Shown piece after piece: positions 10,456-21,409 of a stretch of DNA of 64,000 nucleotides. Within the stretch, counting starts at the first letter, position 1, and every line of letters begins with the position of its first letter. This stretch comes from an uncultured Acidobacteriota bacterium (lineage in GTDB: Bacteria; Acidobacteriota; Thermoanaerobaculia; Multivoradales; SZUA-115): contig CAWDVR010000002.1 in NCBI GenBank assembly GCA_963805975.1, forward strand, positions 672,001 through 736,000, in the 5' to 3' direction. The translations under genes were made by a program, and so were the position numbers. Under the pieces are notes generated by a model, which was not told the origin of the DNA, ran no database searches, and was given only the letters and a program-made list of their open reading frames with translations.

Positions 10456-10982
10456 CCTTGCTGGCCCTTGTCGTCGAGGCGCTGGAGCGCGCTGAGCTCC
10501 GCTTCGCCGTGATCGGCGCTGCCGTGCTTCCGACGCTCGGCGTCAGCCGCTCCACCCTGGATTTCGACCTTCTCTCCACGGATCCACGCTGCCTCCAGGC
10601 TCAGACCTGGGACCTCCTGGGCAAGAGTGCCGTTCAAACCGACATCCGTCACGGCGATCTCTCCGACCCTCTGCTCGGCGTGGTGCGGTTCACGCGTCTC
10701 GAGGAAATCGCAGTCGATCTCGTGGTGGGCCGCTCGTCTTGGCAGACCCGAGCAATCACGCGGGCGCGGGCACTACCGACAGCCGGCCTCACTCTACCGG
10801 TCGTCCGCGGCGAAGACCTGATCCTGCTGAAGCTCTTCGCCGGCGGGCCGCAGGATCTCTGGGACGTTCAGCAGATCCTGCACGGCCCGACGAGGCGCGA
10901 GCTGATCGCCGCCGTGGAGCGGGATCTGGGCGATCTGCCGGAGGAGGCGCGACGGCTGTGGCAATCGGTCGTGGCCCCCTGA
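10452..10982 (+). CDS. Pol-beta-like nucleotidyltransferase (DUF6036-like)
   Basis: VIGA..RSTLDFD, EDLILLKL.AG.PQD..DV motifs. Confidence 0.75.
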   Translation: MTLLALVVEALERAELRFAVIGAAVLPTLGVSRSTLDFDLLSTDPRCLQAQTWDLLGKSAVQTDIRHGDLSDPLLGVVRFTRLEEIAVDLVVGRSSWQTRAITRARALPTAGLTLPVVRGEDLILLKLFAGGPQDLWDVQQILHGPTRRELIAAVERDLGDLPEEARRLWQSVVAP

Positions 10983-11040
10983 GACGCCGGGAGAACCTCG
11001 CACCTGCCACCTCCGTATCCCTCTCTCGGAGGATCCATCG

Positions 11041-12738
11041 ATGAGAACGAGCCTCAGACGTTGGGCCCGCGGTGCGAGCGCCGCGGTCTTGCTGCTTTCT
11101 ACCGCCGGCTCTACGTGGGCAGCGAAGGAAGAGAACCTCACGACGCGGGTGGATGCCGTGTTCGAGGAGTACACCAAGGCCGGGTCGCCGGGGTGTGCCG
11201 TGGGTGTGATCCAGGACGGCCGGCTGGTGCAGCGGAAAGGCTATGGCCTGGCGAACCTGGAGCACGAGGTGCCTATCACGCCGCAGACCGTGTTCGACAT
11301 CGGCTCGACCGCGAAGCAGTTCACCGCCGCGAGCGTGCTCCTGCTGGCCCAGGACGGCAAGCTGTCGTTGGACGACGACGTCCGCAAGCTCGTCCCCGAG
11401 ATCCCGGACTACGGCACGCCGGCCACCATCCGCCATCTCCTCCACCACACCAGCGGCCTGCGCGACTACATCAACCTGATGATCCTCGGCGGGAGCCGCG
11501 AGGAAGACCTCACCACCGCCAAGGACGCGCTCGCCGTCCTCGCCCGCCAGAAGGCGCTCGATTTCGCGCCGGGAGACGAGCACAGCTACAGCAACAGCGG
11601 CTACTTCCTGCTCTCGGTGATCGTCGAGCGGGCGAGCGGCAAGTCGCTTGCCGACTTCGCCCGCGAGCGCCTCTTCGTGCCGCTGGGCATGGAGAGCACA
11701 CAGTTCCTGGACGACCACACGCAGGTGATCCGGCGGCGAGCGTCGAGCTACGCGCCGCGCGAGGAGGGCGGCTTCGCCGCCACTCTCTCCGACTGGGAGC
11801 AGACCGGCGATGGCGCCGTGCTGACCACCATCGAAGACCTGGCCAAGTGGGACCAGAACTTCTACACGCCGCGGGTGGGAGGCCCGGCGCTCCTCGCCGA
11901 GCTCCAAACCAAGGGGACCCTCAACAGCGGCGAGACGATCCCCTACGCCCGCGGCCTGTTGGTGGACGAGCAACGTGGCCATCGGCGGGTCTCCCACGGA
12001 GGCGCGTGGGTGGGCTTCCGCGCCCAGATGATGCGCTTCCCCGACGACCGCTTGACCGTCATCACTCTCTGCAACCTGGCGACGGCGGACGCCTCGGCCC
12101 TAGCGCGGAAGGTAGCGGATCTCTACCTGCCGGAGGCTCCACAGCCCGCAAAGCCGACAGTGGCCCCGGCGCCACGAGCGGCGGCGGTGGCGCTCGCGCC
12201 GGCCGAGCTCGCAACCTACAGCGGCGTCTTCTGGAACGAGAGCACCGCGTTCGTCCGCCGGCTCGTGGTGCACGACGGCAAGCTCTTCTATTTCCGCGGT
12301 CCGGGCAACGAGACCGAGCTGGTGCCCCTGGGGGATGGCCACTTCGCCTTTGCAGATGCACCGGAATTCCGCCTCACCGTGGCGGCCGAGGCCGGTGGCG
12401 GCCGCCGGCTCACGCTCGAGGGCGCTGGCCCAGCGGTCGAGCTGGTGGAGGTCGAGCCGGCCCAGCCTGCGGCCGAGGAGCTACCCGCCTACGCCGGCTC
12501 GTTCTGGAGCGAGGAGCTGGACACCACGATGCGGCTCTCGGTCGCCGCGGGCAAGCTCGTGATCGAGGACCGCCGCGGGAAGCGCATCGAGCTCGAGCCG
12601 CTCGTCTGGGACACCTTCAGCGGCCGTGGCTTGACTCTGCGCTTCTCCCGCGACGCCGCGGGCGGGGTGACCGGCTTCGCCCTCACCGTGGGCCGCGCCC
12701 GGAACCTCGGCTTCACCCGCGCGCCGGCTCCGCGGTGA
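11041..12738 (+). CDS. Secreted serine hydrolase (beta-lactamase class C / peptidase S12 family)
   Basis: Signal peptide; STAK (SxxK), LLHHTSG, YSN, HGG. Confidence 0.9.
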   Translation: MRTSLRRWARGASAAVLLLSTAGSTWAAKEENLTTRVDAVFEEYTKAGSPGCAVGVIQDGRLVQRKGYGLANLEHEVPITPQTVFDIGSTAKQFTAASVLLLAQDGKLSLDDDVRKLVPEIPDYGTPATIRHLLHHTSGLRDYINLMILGGSREEDLTTAKDALAVLARQKALDFAPGDEHSYSNSGYFLLSVIVERASGKSLADFARERLFVPLGMESTQFLDDHTQVIRRRASSYAPREEGGFAATLSDWEQTGDGAVLTTIEDLAKWDQNFYTPRVGGPALLAELQTKGTLNSGETIPYARGLLVDEQRGHRRVSHGGAWVGFRAQMMRFPDDRLTVITLCNLATADASALARKVADLYLPEAPQPAKPTVAPAPRAAAVALAPAELATYSGVFWNESTAFVRRLVVHDGKLFYFRGPGNETELVPLGDGHFAFADAPEFRLTVAAEAGGGRRLTLEGAGPAVELVEVEPAQPAAEELPAYAGSFWSEELDTTMRLSVAAGKLVIEDRRGKRIELEPLVWDTFSGRGLTLRFSRDAAGGVTGFALTVGRARNLGFTRAPAPR

Positions 12739-12786
12739 TCGGAGCCAACGCCGGGTGGAGAGCCGGGTTGAGAGTCTCGCCGCAGG

Positions 12787-13089
12787 TCAGCGAGGCGCCT
12801 TCGGTGTCGAGCGGGACGGGCTGCCGATCTCGAGGCCGATCGGAGGCGGAGCGGAGGATCTCGGGTCCATGGATGGCATGAAGTAGGGGCAGGAAGGCGT
12901 CCAGGGACAGCACGGGCTCACCGGCTTGCAAGCCCAGACCGGCACGACGACGGGGGGATGGGACGCCTGGATCCCCGGCTGCGCGGAGCGGGCGGGCTGG
13001 GCCGAGCCTTGGTCGAAGCTGAAGGCCGCGGCCAGTGCCACGAGGCTGAAGACGAGCGCCGTGGCGCACTTGCGAAGCATGCTGTTCAT
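12787..13089 (-). CDS. Small secreted Cys/Pro-rich protein
   Basis: Strong AGGAGGAGG RBS; signal peptide; WACKPVSPCCPWTPSCP. Confidence 0.65.
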   Translation of the reverse strand: MNSMLRKCATALVFSLVALAAAFSFDQGSAQPARSAQPGIQASHPPVVVPVWACKPVSPCCPWTPSCPYFMPSMDPRSSAPPPIGLEIGSPSRSTPKAPR

Positions 13090-13162
13090 AGTTTCCTCCT
13101 CCTTGTTTGTACTCAGAGTAGAGGAGGACCCGGGACCCGAGAACTGGCAAAGGTGAGGAGCC

Positions 13163-13184
13163 GGCCCTGCCTTTCGGCAGGGCC
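13163..13184 (-). terminator. Hairpin downstream of DinB-family gene
   Basis: GGCCCTGCC-GAAA-GGCAGGGCC perfect stem with GNRA loop on minus strand; no clear U-tract. Confidence 0.4.
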
Positions 13185-13194
13185 AGGAGAGGCC

Positions 13195-13704
13195 CTACAT
13201 GTTGCCTTCGTCCGCGGACGGGCCGTAGATCGACGGCAGTGGAACGTCGTTCAGCCGCAGATAGACGCCGAGCTGGGCGCGATGGTGGATCATGTGGCTC
13301 AGCACGAACGAGCGGATCACGACGGCCTTCGGCAGAGTGAAGATCTCGTGGCCGCCGGAGAGCAGCTTCCAGGGCTTCCCGAACTCCTCGTCCGAGCAGC
13401 CGGCCAGCGCCGCCCGCGCTTCCTTCACGAAGCCATCGAACTTCTCGAGCAGCTCGGCAGTGCTCGACGGCACGTACGGCTGCCACGGAGCGGCGCCTGC
13501 CGGAGCGAAGTCGAGCTCGTCCTGCAGGATGGTGACGGTGGTCCAGGAGGGTATCTCGGCCACGTGCCCGGCCAGGCTGCCCAGGGACGTCGACTTCTCG
13601 TGCGGCTTGTACTCGAGGCGGTCCTCCGGCACCCGCTCCAGGGTCTTCCGGGTGCTGGCCATCTCTTGATCGAACTCGGGAAGCAGCATCTCGCTCAGGC
13701 TCAT
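13195..13704 (-). CDS. DinB/YfiT-like family protein
   Basis: YKPHEKS..LAGH, HMIHHRAQL.VYLR, P.IYGPSADE. Confidence 0.9.
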   Translation of the reverse strand: MSLSEMLLPEFDQEMASTRKTLERVPEDRLEYKPHEKSTSLGSLAGHVAEIPSWTTVTILQDELDFAPAGAAPWQPYVPSSTAELLEKFDGFVKEARAALAGCSDEEFGKPWKLLSGGHEIFTLPKAVVIRSFVLSHMIHHRAQLGVYLRLNDVPLPSIYGPSADEGNM

Positions 13705-13748
13705 GGTTTCCTCCGTGGTTGGGGGCCGGATCTTAGCCGAGCGCCGGG

Positions 13749-16157
13749 CTAGGGGACCCGCAGCACGAGCACTGTTTGATCGTCGTCACGCGGTGCACCG
13801 TGGGTGTGGGTCTCCACGTCCTGGAGCACCGCGTCCCGCAGGCGGGCCACACCCAAGTGATGGTGTCTCTTGAGGCTCTGCTCGAGCCGATCGAAGCCGA
13901 ACATGTCCTCGCTGTCCTCCGGCCGCGCCTCGACCAGCCCGTCCGACAGCAGGAACAGCGTGTCTCCGGAGCCCAGACGGGCGAGCCGTGCCTCGACGGC
14001 CAGATCGCTCCGCACACCCAAGGGGTAGGCCACGAACTCGAGCGGGTGGACTCCCCCCTCGCCGGTCACGATGTAGGGGTAGAGGTGGCCGGCGCTGGCG
14101 TAGAGCAGCTCGCGCTTGACCGGGTCGAGCACCGCGTAGCAGAGGGTCGCGAGCAGGCGCTTCCTGGCGCTCTGGTAGACCACCCGGTTGAGGGTGGCGA
14201 AGACCGCCTCGACCCGCGGGTTGAAGGTCACCTGCACGGCGAGCGCCGAACGCGCCATCGACATCACGAGCCCGGAGGAGACGCCATGGCCGGCGACGTC
14301 CCCCACCGCCACCGCCAGCCGCCCGTCCTCGAGCGCCAGCACGTCGTAGAAGTCGCCGCCCACCTCCGAGGCCGGGAGGTACGAGTGGGCGATCTCGACA
14401 CCGTTCAACTGCGGCGGCAGGTCGGGCAGGATCGTGCTCTGGATGCGCCGCGCGGTCTCCAGCTCCACCCGCTGGCGCTCGCGCTCGGCGATGCGGCGCA
14501 CGTGCGGCGGCACGTCGTCGTAGCGGTAGACGAACTCCTTGCCCGAGGTGATGTGGCGCAGGCTCACCGCCAGCGGCAGCAGGGCGACGAACACCGGGAT
14601 GGCGGCCTGCAGCTCGAGCCAGGGGTGGCCGGAGGTAAGGAAGGCGTAGGCGGAGAGCAGCACGGTGCCGGTCAGCGAGGCGAGGAGCGAGGTGGCAAGC
14701 CCGTAGCGCAGGAAGAGCACCACGTGCACGGCGGCCAGGAGCAGCCAGATCGGGAGGCTGTAGAGCATCGGGAAGGCGACGACCGGCGGGAAGAAGATCA
14801 GCGCGCCGATCACCGCGGCGACCGCCGCCCCGCCCCAGGTGCCCAGCCGGCGCACCAGGGCGGAAGTCAAGAGCAGGCGGCCGAAGAGCTCGGCGTAGAG
14901 GACGTGGAAGGCCACGAAGCAGAGCATCGCGACCCCGAACCAAGTGGCGCCGTCCCACCAGGGACCGAAGAGGTTCCCGAGCGTCACCCAGGCGCCCATC
15001 CGCGCCGCCACCAGGAGGCTCAGCACTTGGAGGGCGGCGAGCGCGATGCCGCACACCAGCCCGCGCAGCGCCGCGGCGGCCACCGTCGCGTTCGCCCAGT
15101 CGCCCTTGAACAGGGCGTCGAAGGCGGCGAGCCGTTGCGGCGCCCGGTCGCGGCACAGCACCTCGCCCACGCTCCAGCCGAGGGCCGAGAGCACGGCGAC
15201 CGGAAAGAAATAGGTGACCAGCACCAAGAGGGAGACAACCCAGGAGATCTGGGGCCGGGTGAGCGTCGGACCGAAATCGCTGCCGAGGCCCATGGCGGCG
15301 GCCGAGAGCACGGTGGCCACCAGGCCGAGGCCGGCCGAGAGCACCGCGATCTGCGTCCCGCGCCGGATGCCGATCTCGCCCTCGTGGTAGCGGCGCACGA
15401 AGAAGATCATCACCACCGGCAGGATCAGAAAGGGCAGCAGGCGCCAGCCGATCTGGCCGAGCACGAAGAGGCTCATCAACGTGCCCCACTGCTTTTCCTT
15501 CGGGTTCTCGACCCAGGGCTCGTAGCCGGTGAGGCGGTCGCCGGCAAAGCCGACCTCGAGGCCGTAGGCCACCTCGGCGCCGAGCGGCCGGCCGCGCAGC
15601 CGGTAGAGGAAACGCCGGTCGACCCGTTCGGCGAGCTGCTGGCTGCGGACCTCCGGCTCCTCGAGCTCCCCGAGGTCGAAGCCCTGCTCGGTGAGGAAGG
15701 CGTCGGCGCGGGCACGGGCCGCCGCCGGGTCGATCTCGCCCGCCTTCGCCTCCGGCGGCAGGCGCATCCGGAGCGCCACGATCTCCCCGGAGGGCGCGAT
15801 GCGAGCCCGGTAGGTCCACTCGCCGGCGTGCGCCGTACGCTCGTACACCCGCACCAGCCAGCAGAGAGTTTGCGCGCGCACCCGCTCCCGCACCGCGGCC
15901 GGCACCTCGCCGGTCTTCTCGAGCTGCCAGACGGCCTGGCCCACGTCGTCGTCGTAGTCGAGGCTCGCCTCCACGTAGGGGTTCGCCACCGGGTCCCCGA
16001 GATCCCGCAGCCGCTCCAGGGTGGTGGCGACCGCCTCGCCCTTCGAGACCGTCCAGCGCTCGGGCAGCCAGGGGAAGGCGCGCGGGAACGCCCAGAGGAA
16101 GAGGACGAGCGCCAGCGCGCCGCCGAGCAGCCAGCCGAGCAGGGTCTTGGGTCTCAT
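13749..16157 (-). CDS. Multi-pass membrane protein with C-terminal SpoIIE/PP2C phosphatase
   Basis: VGGDFYD, GDVAGHG, SAGH, SDGL, DDQT; many TM segments; start uncertain. Confidence 0.9.
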   Translation of the reverse strand: MRPKTLLGWLLGGALALVLFLWAFPRAFPWLPERWTVSKGEAVATTLERLRDLGDPVANPYVEASLDYDDDVGQAVWQLEKTGEVPAAVRERVRAQTLCWLVRVYERTAHAGEWTYRARIAPSGEIVALRMRLPPEAKAGEIDPAAARARADAFLTEQGFDLGELEEPEVRSQQLAERVDRRFLYRLRGRPLGAEVAYGLEVGFAGDRLTGYEPWVENPKEKQWGTLMSLFVLGQIGWRLLPFLILPVVMIFFVRRYHEGEIGIRRGTQIAVLSAGLGLVATVLSAAAMGLGSDFGPTLTRPQISWVVSLLVLVTYFFPVAVLSALGWSVGEVLCRDRAPQRLAAFDALFKGDWANATVAAAALRGLVCGIALAALQVLSLLVAARMGAWVTLGNLFGPWWDGATWFGVAMLCFVAFHVLYAELFGRLLLTSALVRRLGTWGGAAVAAVIGALIFFPPVVAFPMLYSLPIWLLLAAVHVVLFLRYGLATSLLASLTGTVLLSAYAFLTSGHPWLELQAAIPVFVALLPLAVSLRHITSGKEFVYRYDDVPPHVRRIAERERQRVELETARRIQSTILPDLPPQLNGVEIAHSYLPASEVGGDFYDVLALEDGRLAVAVGDVAGHGVSSGLVMSMARSALAVQVTFNPRVEAVFATLNRVVYQSARKRLLATLCYAVLDPVKRELLYASAGHLYPYIVTGEGGVHPLEFVAYPLGVRSDLAVEARLARLGSGDTLFLLSDGLVEARPEDSEDMFGFDRLEQSLKRHHHLGVARLRDAVLQDVETHTHGAPRDDDQTVLVLRVP

Positions 16158-16293
16158 TTGGCCGTCCATCCTACCTTTCAACCGCCGGCACCCGAGAGGT
16201 TAGTACGCGCACCGGCGCGGTTCGTTCCGCGGCGGCGATGCGATACTGTTGCCGGCCCTGGAACCCCAAAAACGCCTGCACCGAGGAACCCCG

Positions 16294-17292
16294 ATGAGCC
16301 CCTCCTCTTCCAGCAAGACGCCCCTCCGAGTCGCCGTCACCGGCGCCGCCGGCAACATCGGCTACGCGCTGGTCTTCCGCATCGCCGCCGGCGACCTCTT
16401 CGGTCCCGACCAGCCGGTCACCCTGCAACTGATCGAGATCCCCTCCGTCCTCGACACCTTGAAGGGCGTGGTGATGGAGCTCTCCGACTGCGCGTTCCCG
16501 CTGCTGGCCGGCGTGGTCGCGACCGCCGACCTGGCCGAGGGCTTCGGCGGCGCCGACGCCGCCTTCCTGGTGGGCGCCCGCCCACGCGGGCCGGGCATGG
16601 AGAGGAAGGATCTCCTCTCCGCCAACGGCGCCATCTTCGGCCCGCAGGGCAAGGCGCTCGCCGCGCACGCCGCGAAGGACGTGAAGGTGCTGGTGGTGGG
16701 CAACCCCGCCAACACCAACTGCCTGATCGCGGCGGAGAACGCGGGCGGGCTCGACCCGCGGCAGTTCCACGCCATGACCCGGCTCGATCACAACCGCGCC
16801 CTCTCGCAGCTCGCCGAGAAGACCGGCAGCCACGTCAACGACATCCGCCGCATGACGATCTGGGGCAACCACTCCTCCACCCAGTTCCCGGACGTGGCCC
16901 ACACGACGATCGGCGGCCAGCCGGCGACGGGCCTCTTCGACGAGGGCTGGTACCGCGACACCTTCATCCCCACCGTGCAGCAGCGCGGCGCGGCGATCAT
17001 CAAGGCGCGCGGCGCCTCCTCCGCGGCCTCGGCGGCCTCGGCGGCGATCGACCACGTGCGGGACTGGGTGCGCGGCACGCCCGAGGGCGACTGGGTGTCG
17101 ATGGCCGTGCCGTCGGACGGCAGCTACGGCATCGCTCCGGGCGTCGTCTACTCCTACCCCTGCGTGTGCAAGGACGGGGACTACGAGATCGTCCAGGGCC
17201 TCGACTGCGACGAGTGGAGCCGCGGCAAGATGGCCGCCACCGAGGCCGAGCTGCGCGAAGAGCGGGCCGCGGTGGAGGAGCTGTTGGGGTAG
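16294..17292 (+). CDS. mdh: Malate dehydrogenase
   Basis: [31 protein letters not shown]. Confidence 0.96.
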   Translation: MSPSSSSKTPLRVAVTGAAGNIGYALVFRIAAGDLFGPDQPVTLQLIEIPSVLDTLKGVVMELSDCAFPLLAGVVATADLAEGFGGADAAFLVGARPRGPGMERKDLLSANGAIFGPQGKALAAHAAKDVKVLVVGNPANTNCLIAAENAGGLDPRQFHAMTRLDHNRALSQLAEKTGSHVNDIRRMTIWGNHSSTQFPDVAHTTIGGQPATGLFDEGWYRDTFIPTVQQRGAAIIKARGASSAASAASAAIDHVRDWVRGTPEGDWVSMAVPSDGSYGIAPGVVYSYPCVCKDGDYEIVQGLDCDEWSRGKMAATEAELREERAAVEELLG

Positions 17293-17296
17293 ATAC

Positions 17297-17626
17297 CTAT
17301 TCCGCGAACATCTCGGCCAGGATGGCCAGGATCTTCTTCTGGGTCGGAGCGCCGAGGCGACCGAGGCGGCGGACGAGCCGCGTCTTGTCGACGGTCCGTA
17401 GCTGGTCGAGCACGACCAGTCCTCCCTTATCGTCGAATGAGCAGCGCACGCGTGTTGGATACATCCGGCCGCGCGAGGTCATCGGCGCCACGATGACCGT
17501 GGCGATGTGCCGGTTCATCTCGTCCGGGGAAACTACCAGGCAGGGGTGGGTCTTCTGGATCTCGCTCCCTACCGTAGGGTCGAGGTTGACCAGAAATACC
17601 TCGAACCGCTCTACCTCCACTGCCAC
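17297..17626 (-). CDS. mazF: MazF/PemK toxin
   Basis: LDPTVGSEIQK.HPCLVVSP, DQLRTVDK. Confidence 0.93.
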   Translation of the reverse strand: MAVEVERFEVFLVNLDPTVGSEIQKTHPCLVVSPDEMNRHIATVIVAPMTSRGRMYPTRVRCSFDDKGGLVVLDQLRTVDKTRLVRRLGRLGAPTQKKILAILAEMFAE

Positions 17627-17871
17627 TCTTGATCCTCGAAGCTCGTCGGCGCCGGCTCATCGAGCAACCGGTCGTCGCCGCGCTCCGCCATGCTGCGAAA
17701 CTGCGCGTCCCAGTGCTGGCGGGGCCGATCCGCCGCGCGGATCACCAGATGATCCTCCTCGACCTGGATCTCGATCTCCCGTACCAGCCCGACTTGCTCG
17801 ATCATCGGCTTGGGAAGCCGAAGGCCCCGGGAGTTGCCGATCGAGATCAGTTGTGTTCTGACGGTGCTCAT
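17611..17871 (-). CDS. mazE: AbrB/MazE antitoxin
   Basis: IGNSRGLRLPK AbrB motif; upstream operator TGATCACTC-N8-GAGTGATCA (17871-17896). Confidence 0.9.
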   Translation of the reverse strand: MSTVRTQLISIGNSRGLRLPKPMIEQVGLVREIEIQVEEDHLVIRAADRPRQHWDAQFRSMAERGDDRLLDEPAPTSFEDQEWQWR

Positions 17872-17952
17872 GATCACTCCTCTTCGAGAGTGATCACATT
17901 GTAGGTACGACGAGGCTCTCCGTCAAGCCTTTTCGGCGCGCTCCTTCGCGGT

Positions 17953-19194
<1,242 letters not shown>

Positions 19195-19331
19195 GCTTCC
19201 ATCCTCCTCGAATTTTGTGGGGCGAGATCGCGGCGATTCCGGCGCGAAAGGGTATCACGCGGCCACCGGCGTCCTGCCAGGCCGCGGCCCGGTGGCGGCA
19301 CGGCCGGTCCGCGGCACAGAATAGCCGCGCC

Positions 19332-20831
19332 ATGCCCCATCTCGGCATCGTCGATCTCGGCTCGAACAACGCCCGCATGGTGGTCTACGAGTACGAGCCC
19401 GGGCGCTGGTTCCGGCTGGTGGACGTGATCCGCGAGCCGGTGCGCCTGGGTGAGGGCCTGGGGGCCACCGGGGAGATGACCGGGGCGGCCATCCAGCGCG
19501 GCCTCGCGGCGCTCGACCTCTTCGTGGACTACGCCGCCGCCGCCGGCCTCGACCACCTGGAGACGATCGGCACCAGCGCGCTCCGCGACGCCGCCAACCG
19601 CGCCAGCTTCCGCCGCGCCGTGGCGCCGCTGGGGGTCGAGGTGAAGGTGCTCTCCGGCGAGGAGGAGGCACGGCGTGGCCTGTCCGCGGTGGCCAACGGC
19701 TTCGACCTCGAAGACGCCTGGGTGATGGACCTGGGCGGCGGCAGTGCGCAGATCTCCCGCATGCTGGGCAGGAGGTACGCCGACGGCGCCTCCTACCCGC
19801 TGGGCGGCGTGCGCCTCACCGAGGCGTTCCTGCGCAGCGATCCACCACGCCGCGCCGAGGTCAAGGCGCTGGAAGCCGAGGTCGCCCACCATCTGGGGCC
19901 GGCGGCCAAGTCCATGGCGAGGGCGCCGGCGCCGCTGGTGGTGATGGGCGGCACGATCCGCAATCTCGCCCGCATGATGCAGCGGAAGAAGGCCTATCCT
20001 CTCGACCTGCTGCACGGCTATTTCCTGTCGCGCGCCGAGCTGGAGGAGGCCACCGGCATCCTGCTCGCCAAGACCTCCCGCCAGCGGCGGCGGGTGCCGG
20101 GCATCAACGAGGACCGCGCGGACGTGGTGCTGGCCGGCGCCCTGGTGTATCGCTGGCTGGTCCGGGCGAGCGGCACGGCCGGTGTCTTCATTTCCGGCCA
20201 CGGAGTGCGCGAAGGCACCTTCTATCGCCACTTCTTGAAGGCGCCCTACCGCATCCGGAACGTGCGGGCCTTCTCGGTGGCCAACCTCTCGGCCCGCTTC
20301 GGGCTCGCCTCGCCGCACATCGACCACGTGCGGCGCCTGGCGCGCCGGTTGTTCGACGGGCTGGCGCCCATCCACGGCCTGGGCCCGCGCGAGGCCGAGC
20401 TGCTCGACGCTGCCGCGGCGCTCCACGACATCGGGATCAGCGTCGACTTCTACCGCCACCACCGGCACGGCGCCTATGTGCTCGAATCCGATCCCCTCCC
20501 CGGCTTCAGCCACCGCGAGCACGCCCTGCTGATGCTCCTGGTGCGCTATCACCACGGCGGCCTGCCGAGCCTCGAGCCCTACCAGCGCCTGATGGCGGCG
20601 GGCGACAAGCGCATCCTGGCGCGCCTTGCCGCCTGCCTGCGGCTCGCCGAGTCCCTCGAGCGCTCCCGCGCGCGCCGGGTCAAGGACGTGGCGGTCGAAA
20701 TGAGCCAGCGCACGGTCACGCTCCGCCTCAAGGCCCGCGAGGAGCCGGCCGTCGAGATCTGGGAGACGGCCCAGCACGCGGATCTGTTCGAGCTGGCCTT
20801 CGGCAGGCGGCTCGAGCTGGCGAGGGGCTGA
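19332..20831 (+). CDS. ppx: Exopolyphosphatase Ppx/GppA with HD domain
   Basis: DLGSN, DLGGGS, GVREG, LHDIG. Confidence 0.93.
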   Translation: MPHLGIVDLGSNNARMVVYEYEPGRWFRLVDVIREPVRLGEGLGATGEMTGAAIQRGLAALDLFVDYAAAAGLDHLETIGTSALRDAANRASFRRAVAPLGVEVKVLSGEEEARRGLSAVANGFDLEDAWVMDLGGGSAQISRMLGRRYADGASYPLGGVRLTEAFLRSDPPRRAEVKALEAEVAHHLGPAAKSMARAPAPLVVMGGTIRNLARMMQRKKAYPLDLLHGYFLSRAELEEATGILLAKTSRQRRRVPGINEDRADVVLAGALVYRWLVRASGTAGVFISGHGVREGTFYRHFLKAPYRIRNVRAFSVANLSARFGLASPHIDHVRRLARRLFDGLAPIHGLGPREAELLDAAAALHDIGISVDFYRHHRHGAYVLESDPLPGFSHREHALLMLLVRYHHGGLPSLEPYQRLMAAGDKRILARLAACLRLAESLERSRARRVKDVAVEMSQRTVTLRLKAREEPAVEIWETAQHADLFELAFGRRLELARG

Positions 20832-20837
20832 GAACGC

Positions 20838-21347
20838 CTACGCTTCGAGGCCCAGGTTCTCCAGCAGCCTGGGAACCACCAGCCAGAGCAACTTCCCCCG
20901 CCCCGGGGCCACCTCGGCCCAGCTCTCGATGTCGAGCTCGATGGCTGCCACCGCTGCCGTCGTCATGCGGACCGTGCCGCCGCCGATGAGGAGGCTCGCG
21001 AGGCTCGACCACGTGGGTTCGTGGCCCGCGAGCAGCACGGTTTGCGCCGCGGCGGGCTGGAGCTGCAACAGGGTCAGCACCGCCGCCGGCGTGGTCTCGT
21101 AGAGGTCCGGCGTGATCTCGACCTTGGACGCCCACCGGCCGGCCGCCGCGCCCAGCTCGACCGTGGTGCGGGCGCGCACTGCCGAGGAGGTGAGGGCCAG
21201 GTCGGGCACGGCACCGGCCCGCGCGAGAAAGGAGCCGACGACCGCCGCGGCTTTCCGCCCACGCTTGTTGAGCGGCCGCTCGTGGTCGCCCCCGGCGGGC
21301 GCGTCCCAGTCGGACTTGGCGTGGCGCAGCAGGAGAAGAGTTCGCAT
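20838..21347 (-). CDS. sixA: SixA-like phosphohistidine phosphatase
   Basis: LLRHAKS, DHERPL, GHEP. Confidence 0.88.
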   Translation of the reverse strand: MRTLLLLRHAKSDWDAPAGGDHERPLNKRGRKAAAVVGSFLARAGAVPDLALTSSAVRARTTVELGAAAGRWASKVEITPDLYETTPAAVLTLLQLQPAAAQTVLLAGHEPTWSSLASLLIGGGTVRMTTAAVAAIELDIESWAEVAPGRGKLLWLVVPRLLENLGLEA

Positions 21348-21409
21348 GACGTCACCATATCGTGATGCTCACGGCGTGTCCCTGCCGGCGGTTTTGCTAG
21401 TCTCGGCGG

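Noticed and set aside
10452-10982. Nucleotidyltransferase as a cGAS/DncV-like cyclase
   Set aside because: At ~175 aa it is too short and lacks the CD-NTase C-terminal lobe and an adjacent effector.
13776-17861. Very long alternative-frame ORFs (e.g. 1361 aa here, 39254..41758, 49674..51893)
   Set aside because: Shadow ORFs of high-GC genes. They overlap well-supported CDSs and lack motifs.
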